A stretch of 64,000 bases of DNA. Origin: an uncultured Rhodospirillaceae bacterium (GTDB lineage Bacteria > Pseudomonadota > Alphaproteobacteria > MPNO01 > UBA830). The DNA lies in NCBI GenBank assembly GCA_963974055.1, contig CAXBCP010000001.1:191471-255470 (forward strand). The letters are read 5' to 3'. This document shows, one piece after another, positions 18,048 to 27,290 of this stretch. The translations under genes were made by a program, and so were the position numbers. Positions within the stretch are counted from its first letter, which is position 1; every line of letters begins with the position of its first letter. A model generated the notes under the pieces. The model was not told the DNA's origin. It worked only from the letters and a program-made list of their open reading frames with translations, and ran no database searches.

Positions 18048-19058
18048 CTATTTCGTCAGCACCATGTCGTTCTTCATGTGGGCGTCGGTATAGATGCCGA
18101 CTTCCTTGTAGTATTTCGCCGCACCCGGATGGTAGGGGATCGGGTTGTTGGACGGCGCAATTGCGGATTTTTGCTGGCCGCGGAGCGGGGGATAATCCTT
18201 CTGCATCGCTCCCCAGTTCTCGTAAACCGCCTTGGCCATGGCGTAAGCATCCTCGTCGGATACCTGTGTGCCGGCATTCAGGTAGGAATCGAACGCGGGG
18301 ACCCTGATGTCGCTTTTGACGAAGGGTTTGCGCTTGCTGTTCTTTTCCGCGACCGTATAGAGGCCGGCCATTCCCTTACCCATAAACTCGTCGGTACCCA
18401 TGGGGCCGACCGGGATGATGCGCAGACCGCCGGGGACGGTCGCGTGCGCTTTGCGGAGTTGCGGCATGCCTGTGGCGATGGGCGCTGCGTCCACCCGGTC
18501 CTGAACGACCATGCCGATACTGGCGACGACGCCGCCGGATTCGACCGGGGTGACGTCGTTTTCGGTCAGTCCTGCGGATGCGAGAATGGTCCGGTTGGCC
18601 TGGGCCAGCGAGACGTTGGTCTTGAATTTGACGACGACGCGTTTGCCCTTCAGGTCCGCGAGCGTTTTTATGCCCGAGCTTTCCTTGACCATGTAGGCAT
18701 AGGGCAGAACCCAGATGCGCGCAATCGAGCGGACTTTCTTGGTCGCTGCCTTGTAGGGCGGCGTCGCGCTCCATGCCATACCGGAATCGAGCGACGAATT
18801 GATGCCGAGCGTGATCTCGCCGGCATCCATCAGCGGCAGGTAGACCGACGAGCCGGCATGCGGCTGTGCATTGGACCGCACGCCCAGTTTTTCCTGGAAC
18901 AGTTTGGCGAAACCGCTGCCCAGCAGAAAGTATGTCGAACCCTGCGGGTTGGTGCCGATCGTGATGCGTTTCAGTTTGGCGTCGGCGGTTCCGGCAGTCA
19001 CCGAGAATGCACCAACCGCTGCTGCAAACACAGCGGCTTTCACTACGTGATTTGTCAT
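18048..19058 (-). CDS. TAXI family TRAP transporter solute-binding subunit
   Basis: MTNHVVKAAVFAAAVGAFSVTAGTADA is a signal peptide. The TAXI/Imp-like motifs ITIGTNPQGSTYFLLGSGFAKL are present. Start taken at ATG 19058, 6 codons inside the ORF-track start. Confidence 0.8.
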   Translation of the reverse strand: MTNHVVKAAVFAAAVGAFSVTAGTADAKLKRITIGTNPQGSTYFLLGSGFAKLFQEKLGVRSNAQPHAGSSVYLPLMDAGEITLGINSSLDSGMAWSATPPYKAATKKVRSIARIWVLPYAYMVKESSGIKTLADLKGKRVVVKFKTNVSLAQANRTILASAGLTENDVTPVESGGVVASIGMVVQDRVDAAPIATGMPQLRKAHATVPGGLRIIPVGPMGTDEFMGKGMAGLYTVAEKNSKRKPFVKSDIRVPAFDSYLNAGTQVSDEDAYAMAKAVYENWGAMQKDYPPLRGQQKSAIAPSNNPIPYHPGAAKYYKEVGIYTDAHMKNDMVLTK

Positions 19059-19219
19059 GATTTGCTCCCTAAGCAATATCGTTGTTACAAGCGCATTTTT
19101 TTTTAATACGCGCCTGAATGAACCCTATCAGACGATTTGGTCGCCGTTAAGCGGCAAAATTTCGAATCAACGACGGGTGGGAGCGGCGTGTGCCGCGCCG
19201 AACGGGTTCGGTGGAAGCG

Positions 19220-20716
19220 CTACGGAACGGCCGTGATGCAGGGCTGTTTATCGTCGAGGAGAAACGGCCCTACCTGTGCGTGTTCGGTGGCGTAGTCGCG
19301 ACCGCAGAAGTCTCGTGCTGCATTGGAGATCGGGGTGCCGGAAGACCGGAGCGCCTTTTCATCCGTAACGGCGAGGTTCCCTTCGACGGGTTCGGCGAAA
19401 ACATCGGATGAAACTTTACGGTTCAGCGCGGCGTCAATATTCGAAACGATGTTGCCGCGTTCCGTATAGTTTCCATCGGTGCGCGCGAGGATGCGCCCGT
19501 CGATCACATTGTTCAGGATCGTGGCCGTGGTTTCGGGATACCGGACATCGATGCCGCGCGTGCCCGTCAGGAGATTGTTGTGGATCAGGGTGTCGGCACT
19601 TTTGTTGAGATATACGCCGACATCGTTCGGGCAATTCATCACGATATTGTTCCGCATAATGCCCCGGATGTGCTCGTCCCGGCATTTTCCGTCGCGGCAG
19701 GACCCTCGATCGGTGCCGCCGCCGCCGAATGAGAATCCGATCCGCGTTCCGCCGCGCTGGCGCCATTCGCAGCGCACCAGGTTGCGTTCGAATATATTAT
19801 CCTCGCCGGCGCCCTTGAAAAATGCGCCGTAGCTGATGCGGTCGCCCTGCGCCTTGGCGAAATCGGCAATGAAATTAGCCTCCACGACCCAGTTGCTGGC
19901 GGCGACGATGTCCAGCATTGTGACCGGGTTCGATGTTTGGCGGGGCCGATCGTTGATAAAAACGTTGTGCGCCACGGTGCCGCCGTCGGGAAACCGGCCG
20001 CTGGCGCCATTTACCTTCAACGACGCGTTGAAATTGGAAATCCAGTTGTTTCGAATGACTGTCGAGTGGGCGTTTCCGACGACATGAAAGGCGTGTTCAC
20101 ACCAGGAATCGCTGGAACATACCCCGTCTATAATCAGGTTCTCGAATATCCAGTTCGCGCCCCGAACGTGAAAGCCTTCCTGCAGATCGAATCGCAGCGT
20201 AACTGTCCCGAAAGCCTTCGCGCGGACGCTGATTGGCGCAGTATCTGTGCCGTTTGCAGCGACATCGATGGATTTTCCCGAAAATGTATACGTGCCCGGG
20301 GCGATGGTGATAACGTCTCCGGGTTCGGCGTTTCCGATTGCCGTAACAACGTCCGTCGCCGAGTTTACGACCGTGCGATTGTGCATGGGACTGTCGTTGG
20401 CGGGATTGGGCCCGGTTTGCGGTCCGATCGCGAAAACCGGCCAGTCCGCCGGACGTGCAGCGGCGGCCCTGCCGGAGACGGGTGCAAAAACATTCCGCGG
20501 ATCCGTTCTCCAGAACAGGTATTCGGCAATATCGAAACCGGGCTTCAGCGATGGATATTTGTTCTTTTGCCAAATGAATTCGGGGTGAAGCAACCGGGCC
20601 CATGAAACATGGAATGCTTCCTGAAATATGTACTGCGTGTAAAGCGCCCCTCCTGAAATTCCCAAAACGAATATCAGGAATACCACCCCTGCCAACCGAC
20701 CAATTTTTCGCCGCAT
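19220..20716 (-). CDS. membrane-anchored right-handed parallel beta-helix (pectin-lyase-fold) protein
   Basis: 498 aa. The N-terminus MRRKIGRLAGVVFLIFVLGISGGALY is a signal anchor. Repeated beta-helix coils follow (NNWISNF, HNVFIND, NNIVMNC, HNNLLTG, NNVIDG). AAGGAAAAG SD precedes ATG 20716. Confidence 0.7.
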   Translation of the reverse strand: MRRKIGRLAGVVFLIFVLGISGGALYTQYIFQEAFHVSWARLLHPEFIWQKNKYPSLKPGFDIAEYLFWRTDPRNVFAPVSGRAAAARPADWPVFAIGPQTGPNPANDSPMHNRTVVNSATDVVTAIGNAEPGDVITIAPGTYTFSGKSIDVAANGTDTAPISVRAKAFGTVTLRFDLQEGFHVRGANWIFENLIIDGVCSSDSWCEHAFHVVGNAHSTVIRNNWISNFNASLKVNGASGRFPDGGTVAHNVFINDRPRQTSNPVTMLDIVAASNWVVEANFIADFAKAQGDRISYGAFFKGAGEDNIFERNLVRCEWRQRGGTRIGFSFGGGGTDRGSCRDGKCRDEHIRGIMRNNIVMNCPNDVGVYLNKSADTLIHNNLLTGTRGIDVRYPETTATILNNVIDGRILARTDGNYTERGNIVSNIDAALNRKVSSDVFAEPVEGNLAVTDEKALRSSGTPISNAARDFCGRDYATEHAQVGPFLLDDKQPCITAVP

Positions 20717-20796
20717 CTTTTCCTTACGCACTCTTTCTGTCGACGGGATCAAAGAGCCTTTCTTTTAAAAAAACGCAGTCCACGCCGACGCTACCA

Positions 20797-20928
20797 TTTA
20801 ACCACCGGAAGGTTCTTCAGAAACCGGATTGTGCATGACCCCTTTGCTATCGTCACAGTTGATACCATACCCGGCCAGCGCCGACAGAATATTAATTGCC
20901 AGCGCCTGATCCGCTTCGGTTATCGGGG
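20797..20928 (-). repeat. orphan copy of the marR 3' end (left direct repeat of the low-GC island)
   Basis: This stretch is about 80% identical at the nucleotide level to 25419-25554. On the minus strand it encodes ...AINILSALAGYGINCDDSKGVMHNPVSEEPSGG*. The intact MarR ends ...AINILSALAGYEINPHDNKSVSCNPASEEISRD*. An in-frame TAA upstream truncates this copy. Confidence 0.75.
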
Positions 20929-21244
20929 ATTAATTCCGTGATATTGCATGATCGCCATGAGCCGAGACTCTTGGAGTGACTACCGAACTCCTCTTGGCTA
21001 CGCTCAATCATGTCGAGGGGACCCAGTATGGTGTGATTTGTATGGGATTATTTTCGCGAGACACTGTAATAATGCACAATAAACTGTCTAATGATTGATT
21101 GTGAATCGTCCTATCTGGACGACAGGGGCAGGGTCTTCGCAGGCTTGGTATCGCCCGCATGTGGACGTCATTTGTACCTCAGACGGATTGCCGCACTATT
21201 GTAAGTCACCATCGGAAGGCGGCTTCTGCAGGACAAAGAAAATT

Positions 21245-22870
21245 ATGAAAATTGATTACAACCTGAACGGCGAGGGTGCAAAATCCGTATTTTTTGTAAT
21301 TTGTGCTTTGGTCTTTTTCGCGTTCTTTGAGTTCTACTACAAAATTAATGCGGCTTACCCGTCGGCTCTTCCCCTCGGTTATATCTTGACGGTATTTGCA
21401 GGCATTGTTTTCTCGCGAGTGAAGTATGAAGATTTTTCACCTGCGTTTAAAATCTGCTTCCGGGGGCTTGCTGTCCTTATCGGGCTGTATGCCGCGTTCG
21501 TGTTTCCCGATTATCCGATCGTTGTTGATAAATATGGCGGTACCGAAGGCGCCATCGTGCTTGGCGGCTGGTTTTTGGGCGTCTTATGTTCCCTGCTAAC
21601 GCTATGGCGCCCTTCCTTTCTTCTCGCGAGCGGGTTCTATCTCTGGTGGAGCAAACAGATCGCTGGAACTGTTACCGGATTCCCGTATCACACCCTGCTC
21701 GACATTTTACCTGCAATTGAAATCTCCGCCTTTATGTCGACAGCCTTGTTTTTGCTCGTGCTGATGGGACAGCCTTGGGTTCTCTTGGGCAACAACCGGT
21801 TCGTTTCAGATATTCGCTCGTTCTTTACACAGCGCCGGCGGTATCTCGGCGACTTGATAGTATTCGTGGCAATTTCCATGCAGCTGGCTAATTATTTTAC
21901 GTCGGGCTTAGGTAAAGCCAGCTTGAATGGCGGCGTATTGTCGTGGTCGCTTGAAAATAACCTGGCCGATATTTTCGACGTAGCTGTCATAAACGGACAA
22001 CTTTTCTGGCAGGATTATCCATTCGCCGTTTCGACGTTTTCCGCGATCTTCGACTATCTGAAACACCCGATGTCGATTGGAGTGCTTGTATTTCAGCTTT
22101 TTGCAATCATCGCATTCCGCTCCAGAAATCTTCTGGTGTTTCTATTTCTCGTATTCGATCTGATGCATTTCGGCATTTTTGTTTCGGTCGGTGCGAATTT
22201 CGGACCCTGGTTCATCCTCAACCTGGTAATCTTGGCTGCCGCTGCGAGGCTTGACGATCGTTTCTTTTCGGTAACGGCGGCGAGCGCATCGGCTGCGTTG
22301 GTCATTATATTCGCCTTTGCGTCGCCGCCATTTTGGTCGGCTTGGTTGCGCTGGTACGATACGCCAGCCATCAACACCACGTATTTTGTTGCCGAAGACG
22401 TAACCGGAACGCAAACACGTGTTCCGGTCACCTATTTCGGATTTTACTCCTATCCGATTGCACATATGAGCTTCGGACTTCCGCCTGGGCAGTATCTGCC
22501 GGTGGGAACGAATGGCGGGGTGCTTGACTACAAAATCATGGTCAAGGCGCGGACTTGCGCCTTCACGGACGCCGATATGGTTTCTTCGCAGCACGCCGAG
22601 CGATGGTCGAACAGCGATATTCCCGAATTCATCAGGCATTATCACCGCCAGATGGTAACAAAGTACGGTCCGGGGCAGTCCCGTAATTTCAATATATACC
22701 CCCATCATTTCTGGACGCGTCCCAAGATTTCTAACGCTTTTCGCAGACTTGATAAGCGCAAGATCGTCGCCTATGTAATGAAAACAGATTCCCTCTGCCT
22801 GCGACGTAGTCCTACTGGCGTTGAATCCCGCCTCGTAGCCCACAATGAGATTCGTATAGATGTACGATGA
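21245..22870 (+). CDS. large polytopic integral membrane protein of unknown function (island cargo)
   Basis: Starts at ATG 21245 (MKIDYNLNG...). At least 10 predicted TM helices, then a soluble ~150 aa C-terminal domain. Low GC relative to the flanks. No motif recognised with confidence. Its ORF overlaps the DCC gene by 11 nt. Confidence 0.5.
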   Translation: MKIDYNLNGEGAKSVFFVICALVFFAFFEFYYKINAAYPSALPLGYILTVFAGIVFSRVKYEDFSPAFKICFRGLAVLIGLYAAFVFPDYPIVVDKYGGTEGAIVLGGWFLGVLCSLLTLWRPSFLLASGFYLWWSKQIAGTVTGFPYHTLLDILPAIEISAFMSTALFLLVLMGQPWVLLGNNRFVSDIRSFFTQRRRYLGDLIVFVAISMQLANYFTSGLGKASLNGGVLSWSLENNLADIFDVAVINGQLFWQDYPFAVSTFSAIFDYLKHPMSIGVLVFQLFAIIAFRSRNLLVFLFLVFDLMHFGIFVSVGANFGPWFILNLVILAAAARLDDRFFSVTAASASAALVIIFAFASPPFWSAWLRWYDTPAINTTYFVAEDVTGTQTRVPVTYFGFYSYPIAHMSFGLPPGQYLPVGTNGGVLDYKIMVKARTCAFTDADMVSSQHAERWSNSDIPEFIRHYHRQMVTKYGPGQSRNFNIYPHHFWTRPKISNAFRRLDKRKIVAYVMKTDSLCLRRSPTGVESRLVAHNEIRIDVR

Positions 22871-23282
22871 CGATCAGACCCCGCATAAAGGTATTTTCGT
22901 CGTTTACGATGGTGAATGTCCATTCTGCTCGCGATACGTTGCGATGCTCCGGCTCCGTGAAGCGGCTGGGTATGTTGAACTCATCGATGCTCGGTCGTCT
23001 CACCCGATGGTCGATGAAGTAGTGAGCTACGGCTTCGACCTCGACGATGGCATGGTTGCGAAAATTGGAGACGCCTATTACGCGGGTGCGGATTGCGTCA
23101 ACGTTCTAAGTCTTCTGAGCACCCGAACGAACGGGTTCAATCGCCTGAACTACTGGATGTTCCGGTCCCGGGCATTTTCGCGATTGCTTTACCCTGTTCT
23201 GCGTTTCGGCCGGAACCTCGTTCTGCGTTTGCTCGGCAGATCAAAGATTGGGAAGACATCTAAACCTAATAAGGCCGCCTGA
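22860..23282 (+). CDS. DCC1-like thiol-disulfide oxidoreductase family protein (DUF393)
   Basis: 140 aa. The N-terminal VVYDGECPFCSRYV motif is the defining CxxC signature of the DUF393/DCC family. Confidence 0.7.
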   Translation: MYDDDQTPHKGIFVVYDGECPFCSRYVAMLRLREAAGYVELIDARSSHPMVDEVVSYGFDLDDGMVAKIGDAYYAGADCVNVLSLLSTRTNGFNRLNYWMFRSRAFSRLLYPVLRFGRNLVLRLLGRSKIGKTSKPNKAA

Positions 23283-23378
23283 TCGGCGCGTATGCCCTCA
23301 CGGTCGGGGGAACTCGTTCGCATGAATTAATCATATATTTTGCGTCACAATTATCCGCCATCCGTTAAGAAGACTGCT

Positions 23379-25394
23379 ATGAAAAAATTCCTGGTACCGG
23401 GGTATAATGGATACCGTCCTGACGTAGATGGTCTCCGGGCCGTGGCGGTCCTCTCTGTAATTCTTTTTCATATCGACGAAACTCTCGTTCCAGGCGGATT
23501 TGTGGGAGTAGACATTTTTTTTGTCATCTCCGGATTCCTGATTTCGCGCAACATCATACAAGATATTCAGCAAGACCGGTTCACAATCCTGGACTTTTAC
23601 CGGCGGCGGATTAAGCGCATCGTGCCGCCGATGCTGCTTGTGGTCGCTGCGACCGTTGTCATTGCCCAGATTATTTTGTTGCCGTTGGATGCCGAATGGG
23701 TCGCGGATTCCGCCTTATGGTCACTCGCGTCACTGGCAAACGTCTATTTCTGGCAATTTCAGGATCTCAGTTACTTCGCGGCCGACAGTAAGGAACTTCC
23801 ACTTCTTCATTTGTGGTCGCTTGGTGTCGAAGAACAGTTTTATTTCATATGGCCGCTTCTGTTGCTCATGATCGGTGCGCTCCGTCGTCCGCGGCTTCTG
23901 ATCGTATGCATCGCCGCCATTATAGTTGGTTCGTTTGTCCTGGGTGAATTGATCTTCGAGCGATCTCCCATGTTTGCCTATTACATGCTGCCGTCGCGGG
24001 CCGGAGAATTGCTGTTTGGCGCTCTGGTGGCAGTTGCGATAATCAAGAATGTCGACCGATATATTTCAAAAATTGCTGCGTTCACGATAGCCTGGTCCGG
24101 TGTGGCACTTCTGATATGGAGTTTGTTCGCGCTATCGGAAATGGACCGGTTTCCTGGGTTTAATGCGATTCCGCCCACTCTTGGGACCGCCCTTATTATT
24201 TTTGCCGGGCATTGCCAGCGCGGCATTCTTTTCCAAGCCTTGTCGGTGCGGCCTGTAGTCTGGGTTGGGCTAGTGTCCTACTCGGCGTACCTTTGGCATT
24301 GGCCGCTTCTCGCTTTCGTTAGATATGGATTTGGCGAAGTCACGCCAATTTTTGGCTTGCTTGCCTTTCTTGCGACTTTTTTGCTCGCATGGATCACCTA
24401 TCGATATGTTGAACAGCCTGCGCGGCGCATAAACGCGGCGTTTGGACGGGTTCTTACTACTCAATATTTGATACCCGCCGGCGCTCTCGGCATGGTGTGT
24501 ATGATGGCAATGTACATTGACGGATACGGCTTCCGCAATCTGATCGGGGACTACAGGCAACGACTTGAAGACAGCAAGCGACTGACGCCTTCCACGTTTA
24601 CGTTCGATTTCGTCTGCCAAAAACAACGGATTGGCGCAAAAGATCTTCTGAACGGTAGTTGCGTCGTTGGGGCGCCATCGTCCGACCCGGCAAAGTTTAT
24701 AATGTGGGGCGATTCTAATTCCAGTCATTATGTCGGCATGGTGCGCCAGTTCGCCGAGCGGGGTGGGTTTAAAGTCAGGAACGTTGCTGTCGGCGCCTGT
24801 CCGCCGATCGATGACGACCCGGAACCATTCGTAAAGTCTAAACGCCTTGCGGACTGCAGGACGTCGCTTCGCGTTATTCGGTCGGTGATCGACAAATATC
24901 CGGCGGTCATAATGGCCGCGTCCTATCCGAGTTATCGCAGTAACCCGGAGTTTCTTGAATCGTTTATGAAAACTGCGGCTCGTCTGGCACGATCGGGTAA
25001 ACCAGTGATTGTTCTCGGAAAGGTTCCGTTACTTCACCGCTTCGATCATCTGTGCCAGCAAAAATCTATCAGTTTTCCGATGCTTGTTTGTGCAAACACC
25101 AGCAATGCAATCGATCCCGACGTCGCAAGGATTAATTCCAAGCTTAAGGAATTTGCCGGCCGAACGGACGTTGTCGAGTATTTCGATGCAAATGATTTGA
25201 TTTGTCCCCGCGGTATATGTTCTGCATACGCTTCAGACGGTAAACAAATTTATCACGACGGTGACCATATCACGATGAGCGCTTCTCAGGACGTCGGGCG
25301 CAAAGTGTTTGAAACCCAAGGTCTTCCAGCTCCGTTTGGCCAAGCACTGGATTATCTGTCACGTGCGACACGCCCCGCCGTCGAGGGGGGCTGA
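23379..25394 (+). CDS. acyltransferase family 3 O-acyltransferase with C-terminal SGNH/GDSL hydrolase-like domain (OatA-like)
   Basis: 671 aa. An N-terminal ~350 aa 10-TM acyltransferase_3 domain (RPDVDGLRAVAVLSVILFH...FFVISGFLISR) is followed by a periplasmic domain with a MWGDSNSSHYV SGNH-type block. Confidence 0.8.
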   Translation: MKKFLVPGYNGYRPDVDGLRAVAVLSVILFHIDETLVPGGFVGVDIFFVISGFLISRNIIQDIQQDRFTILDFYRRRIKRIVPPMLLVVAATVVIAQIILLPLDAEWVADSALWSLASLANVYFWQFQDLSYFAADSKELPLLHLWSLGVEEQFYFIWPLLLLMIGALRRPRLLIVCIAAIIVGSFVLGELIFERSPMFAYYMLPSRAGELLFGALVAVAIIKNVDRYISKIAAFTIAWSGVALLIWSLFALSEMDRFPGFNAIPPTLGTALIIFAGHCQRGILFQALSVRPVVWVGLVSYSAYLWHWPLLAFVRYGFGEVTPIFGLLAFLATFLLAWITYRYVEQPARRINAAFGRVLTTQYLIPAGALGMVCMMAMYIDGYGFRNLIGDYRQRLEDSKRLTPSTFTFDFVCQKQRIGAKDLLNGSCVVGAPSSDPAKFIMWGDSNSSHYVGMVRQFAERGGFKVRNVAVGACPPIDDDPEPFVKSKRLADCRTSLRVIRSVIDKYPAVIMAASYPSYRSNPEFLESFMKTAARLARSGKPVIVLGKVPLLHRFDHLCQQKSISFPMLVCANTSNAIDPDVARINSKLKEFAGRTDVVEYFDANDLICPRGICSAYASDGKQIYHDGDHITMSASQDVGRKVFETQGLPAPFGQALDYLSRATRPAVEGG

Positions 25395-25418
25395 GCGGTA
25401 ACTCCTCGGACTGGCGTT

Positions 25419-25554
25419 ACCAATTAATCGCGGGAAATTTCTTCAGAAGCCGGATTGCACGAGACACTTTTGTTATCGTGAGGGTTGATTTCATATCCGG
25501 CCAGTGCCGACAGAATATTAATTGCTGTGGCGCGGTCCGCTTCCGGTACCGGGG
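25419..25554 (-). repeat. right direct repeat of the island (native 3' end of marR)
   Basis: Partner of 20797-20928; see that entry. Continuous with the intact MarR CDS. Confidence 0.75.
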
Positions 25555-25912
25555 CCAGTATCCGGCGTTGGGCCCGATCGGCGGCCTCGAACGCTGATTC
25601 GAGTGCCAGGCGTCCCTCCTCGGTCAGGAACAGGGCGTTGGCGCGCTGGTCCGCCGGGGTTCGCGACCTGGATATCATCCCCCGGTCGACCATGCGGCGA
25701 AGAACTTCAGTCAGAGTGCTGCGGTCTATCCCGCTTGCTTCCACCAGGGCGGTCTGGCTCAGTCCCGGATTCTGAAAGACGCTGATCAGGACCGCAAATT
25801 GTCGTGGGTTCGGACCGTTTTCACCGACTTCTTCACAGAACAGATCGACCGCCCGCTGCTGGCACCGTCGTATCAAGTGGCCGGCGACCGAATCGAGCTC
25901 AAAGTTCTTCAT
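25424..25912 (-). CDS. MarR family transcriptional regulator
   Basis: 162 aa from MKNFELDSVAGHLIRRCQQRA. The winged-HTH core is FAVLISVFQNPGLSQTALVEASGIDRSTLTEVLRRM. Divergent from the LLM monooxygenase gene. The ORF-track 276-aa extension is rejected. Confidence 0.8.
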   Translation of the reverse strand: MKNFELDSVAGHLIRRCQQRAVDLFCEEVGENGPNPRQFAVLISVFQNPGLSQTALVEASGIDRSTLTEVLRRMVDRGMISRSRTPADQRANALFLTEEGRLALESAFEAADRAQRRILAPVPEADRATAINILSALAGYEINPHDNKSVSCNPASEEISRD

Positions 25913-26151
25913 GGATTGTTCGAGCGTATCGGCCAAGGCGGGACCACCTGATTTCTGACGGCTGCAAATTCTGTTTCGAGAGTCTATGGGAATGCATTTC
26001 ATCTGTACACGGATTAGTCGTCGGTGTAGGGTCGCGCCCCTCTGGAACAACGATTCCGGGCGGACGTTTTCGAGCGTGGGACATAACCTGGAGCCCGCCG
26101 GCATAGCCCGAAAGCTGCGCACATACGGGCAATAATTACGGGGAGAGCGAC

Positions 26152-27207
26152 ATGGAATTCGGACTGCAATACTTTCCCTGTGTCGGTCCCGACCAGAAAT
26201 CGGGTCAGCAATATTTTGATGAGTGTCTGCGGCTGACCGAATACGCCGATACATACGGTTATTCGCATGTCCGCACGGTCGAACACTATTTTCACCCTTA
26301 TGGCGGATACAGCCCGAACCCCATTGTCTTCCTGTCGGCGTTGTCCCAGCGCACGCAGAAGGCCCGGATCGTGACAGGCGCGATTCTGCCGGTCTTTAAC
26401 AATCCGCTGAAACTTGCCGGTGAGATCGGCATGCTCGACGCGATCTGCGGCGGCCGTGCCGAGATCGGTTTCGCCCGCGCGTTCCTGCCCCATGAATACG
26501 AGCGCTTCAATATAGACCTCGATGAGAGCGTTGCGCGTTTCGATGAAGGCATGGAGCAGATCGACCTGCTTCTGACCGGCGAAAATGTCTCTCACGACGG
26601 AGAATTTCACAGCTTCAGGAACGTGACGTCACTGCCCCGGCCGACCCAGCAGCCGCGTCCGAAGTTCTGGACCGCCGCATTCACCACCCCGGAATCGTTT
26701 GAAAAGGCGGGCCGGGTCGGCAACTACATTATGGCGATTCCCATTGGCGGCTCGCAGATGGCAGAACTGATCGGCATATACCGCGAAGCATGGAAATCGG
26801 CAGGTCATGGAGGCGAGGGGCGAATTATGCTCGCTTTTCAGATGTATTGTCACGAGGACGGCGCCGAGGCTGCGCGGATCGCCCGCGGGCCGGTCAATCG
26901 CTATCTCAAGTCCCTTGTAGATGCGGCGAAGGACTGGGTCGACGGCGCCACGTCCGACAACTACAAAGGCTATGGCAAGATGATCGAGGCGCTCGATCGC
27001 GAGACGTTCGAAAGCCAGGTAGAAAAAGGTGCCGCCTGGGTCGGAACGCCCGAGGAACTGGTCGAACGGATTCGGACTTACGATCAGGAAATCGGCGGCT
27101 TTGACGATGCCTCCCTGCAGGTCAATTTTAATGATCTGTCCTATGATGAGGCCGAACGTTCCGTGAAGCTGTTCGGTGAAAAGGTAATGCCGTCCTTTGC
27201 GGACTGA
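26152..27207 (+). CDS. LLM class (luciferase-like) flavin-dependent monooxygenase
   Basis: 351 aa with a TIM-barrel LLM pattern (MEFGLQYFP..., LDAICGGRAEIGFARAF, FWTAAFTTPESFEKAG). Confidence 0.8.
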   Translation: MEFGLQYFPCVGPDQKSGQQYFDECLRLTEYADTYGYSHVRTVEHYFHPYGGYSPNPIVFLSALSQRTQKARIVTGAILPVFNNPLKLAGEIGMLDAICGGRAEIGFARAFLPHEYERFNIDLDESVARFDEGMEQIDLLLTGENVSHDGEFHSFRNVTSLPRPTQQPRPKFWTAAFTTPESFEKAGRVGNYIMAIPIGGSQMAELIGIYREAWKSAGHGGEGRIMLAFQMYCHEDGAEAARIARGPVNRYLKSLVDAAKDWVDGATSDNYKGYGKMIEALDRETFESQVEKGAAWVGTPEELVERIRTYDQEIGGFDDASLQVNFNDLSYDEAERSVKLFGEKVMPSFAD

Positions 27208-27290
27208 CCCGGCGGCACATCGTGGGTAGACAAACGGACGGTCTGACGCGACAACACCCTGAGATGGGACATGCTTAATAGGGAAGTGTC

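Noticed and set aside
19194-19211. Hairpin CCGAAC-GGG-GTTCGG downstream of the beta-helix gene as a rho-independent terminator
   Set aside because: No T-tract follows on the transcribed (minus) strand. Cannot be supported as a terminator.
25424-26254. 276-aa extended form of MarR in the ORF track
   Set aside because: The upstream 114 codons are Arg/Cys-rich and lack HTH features. ATG 25912 gives a standard 162-aa MarR, and the extension would run through the divergent promoter of the LLM gene.
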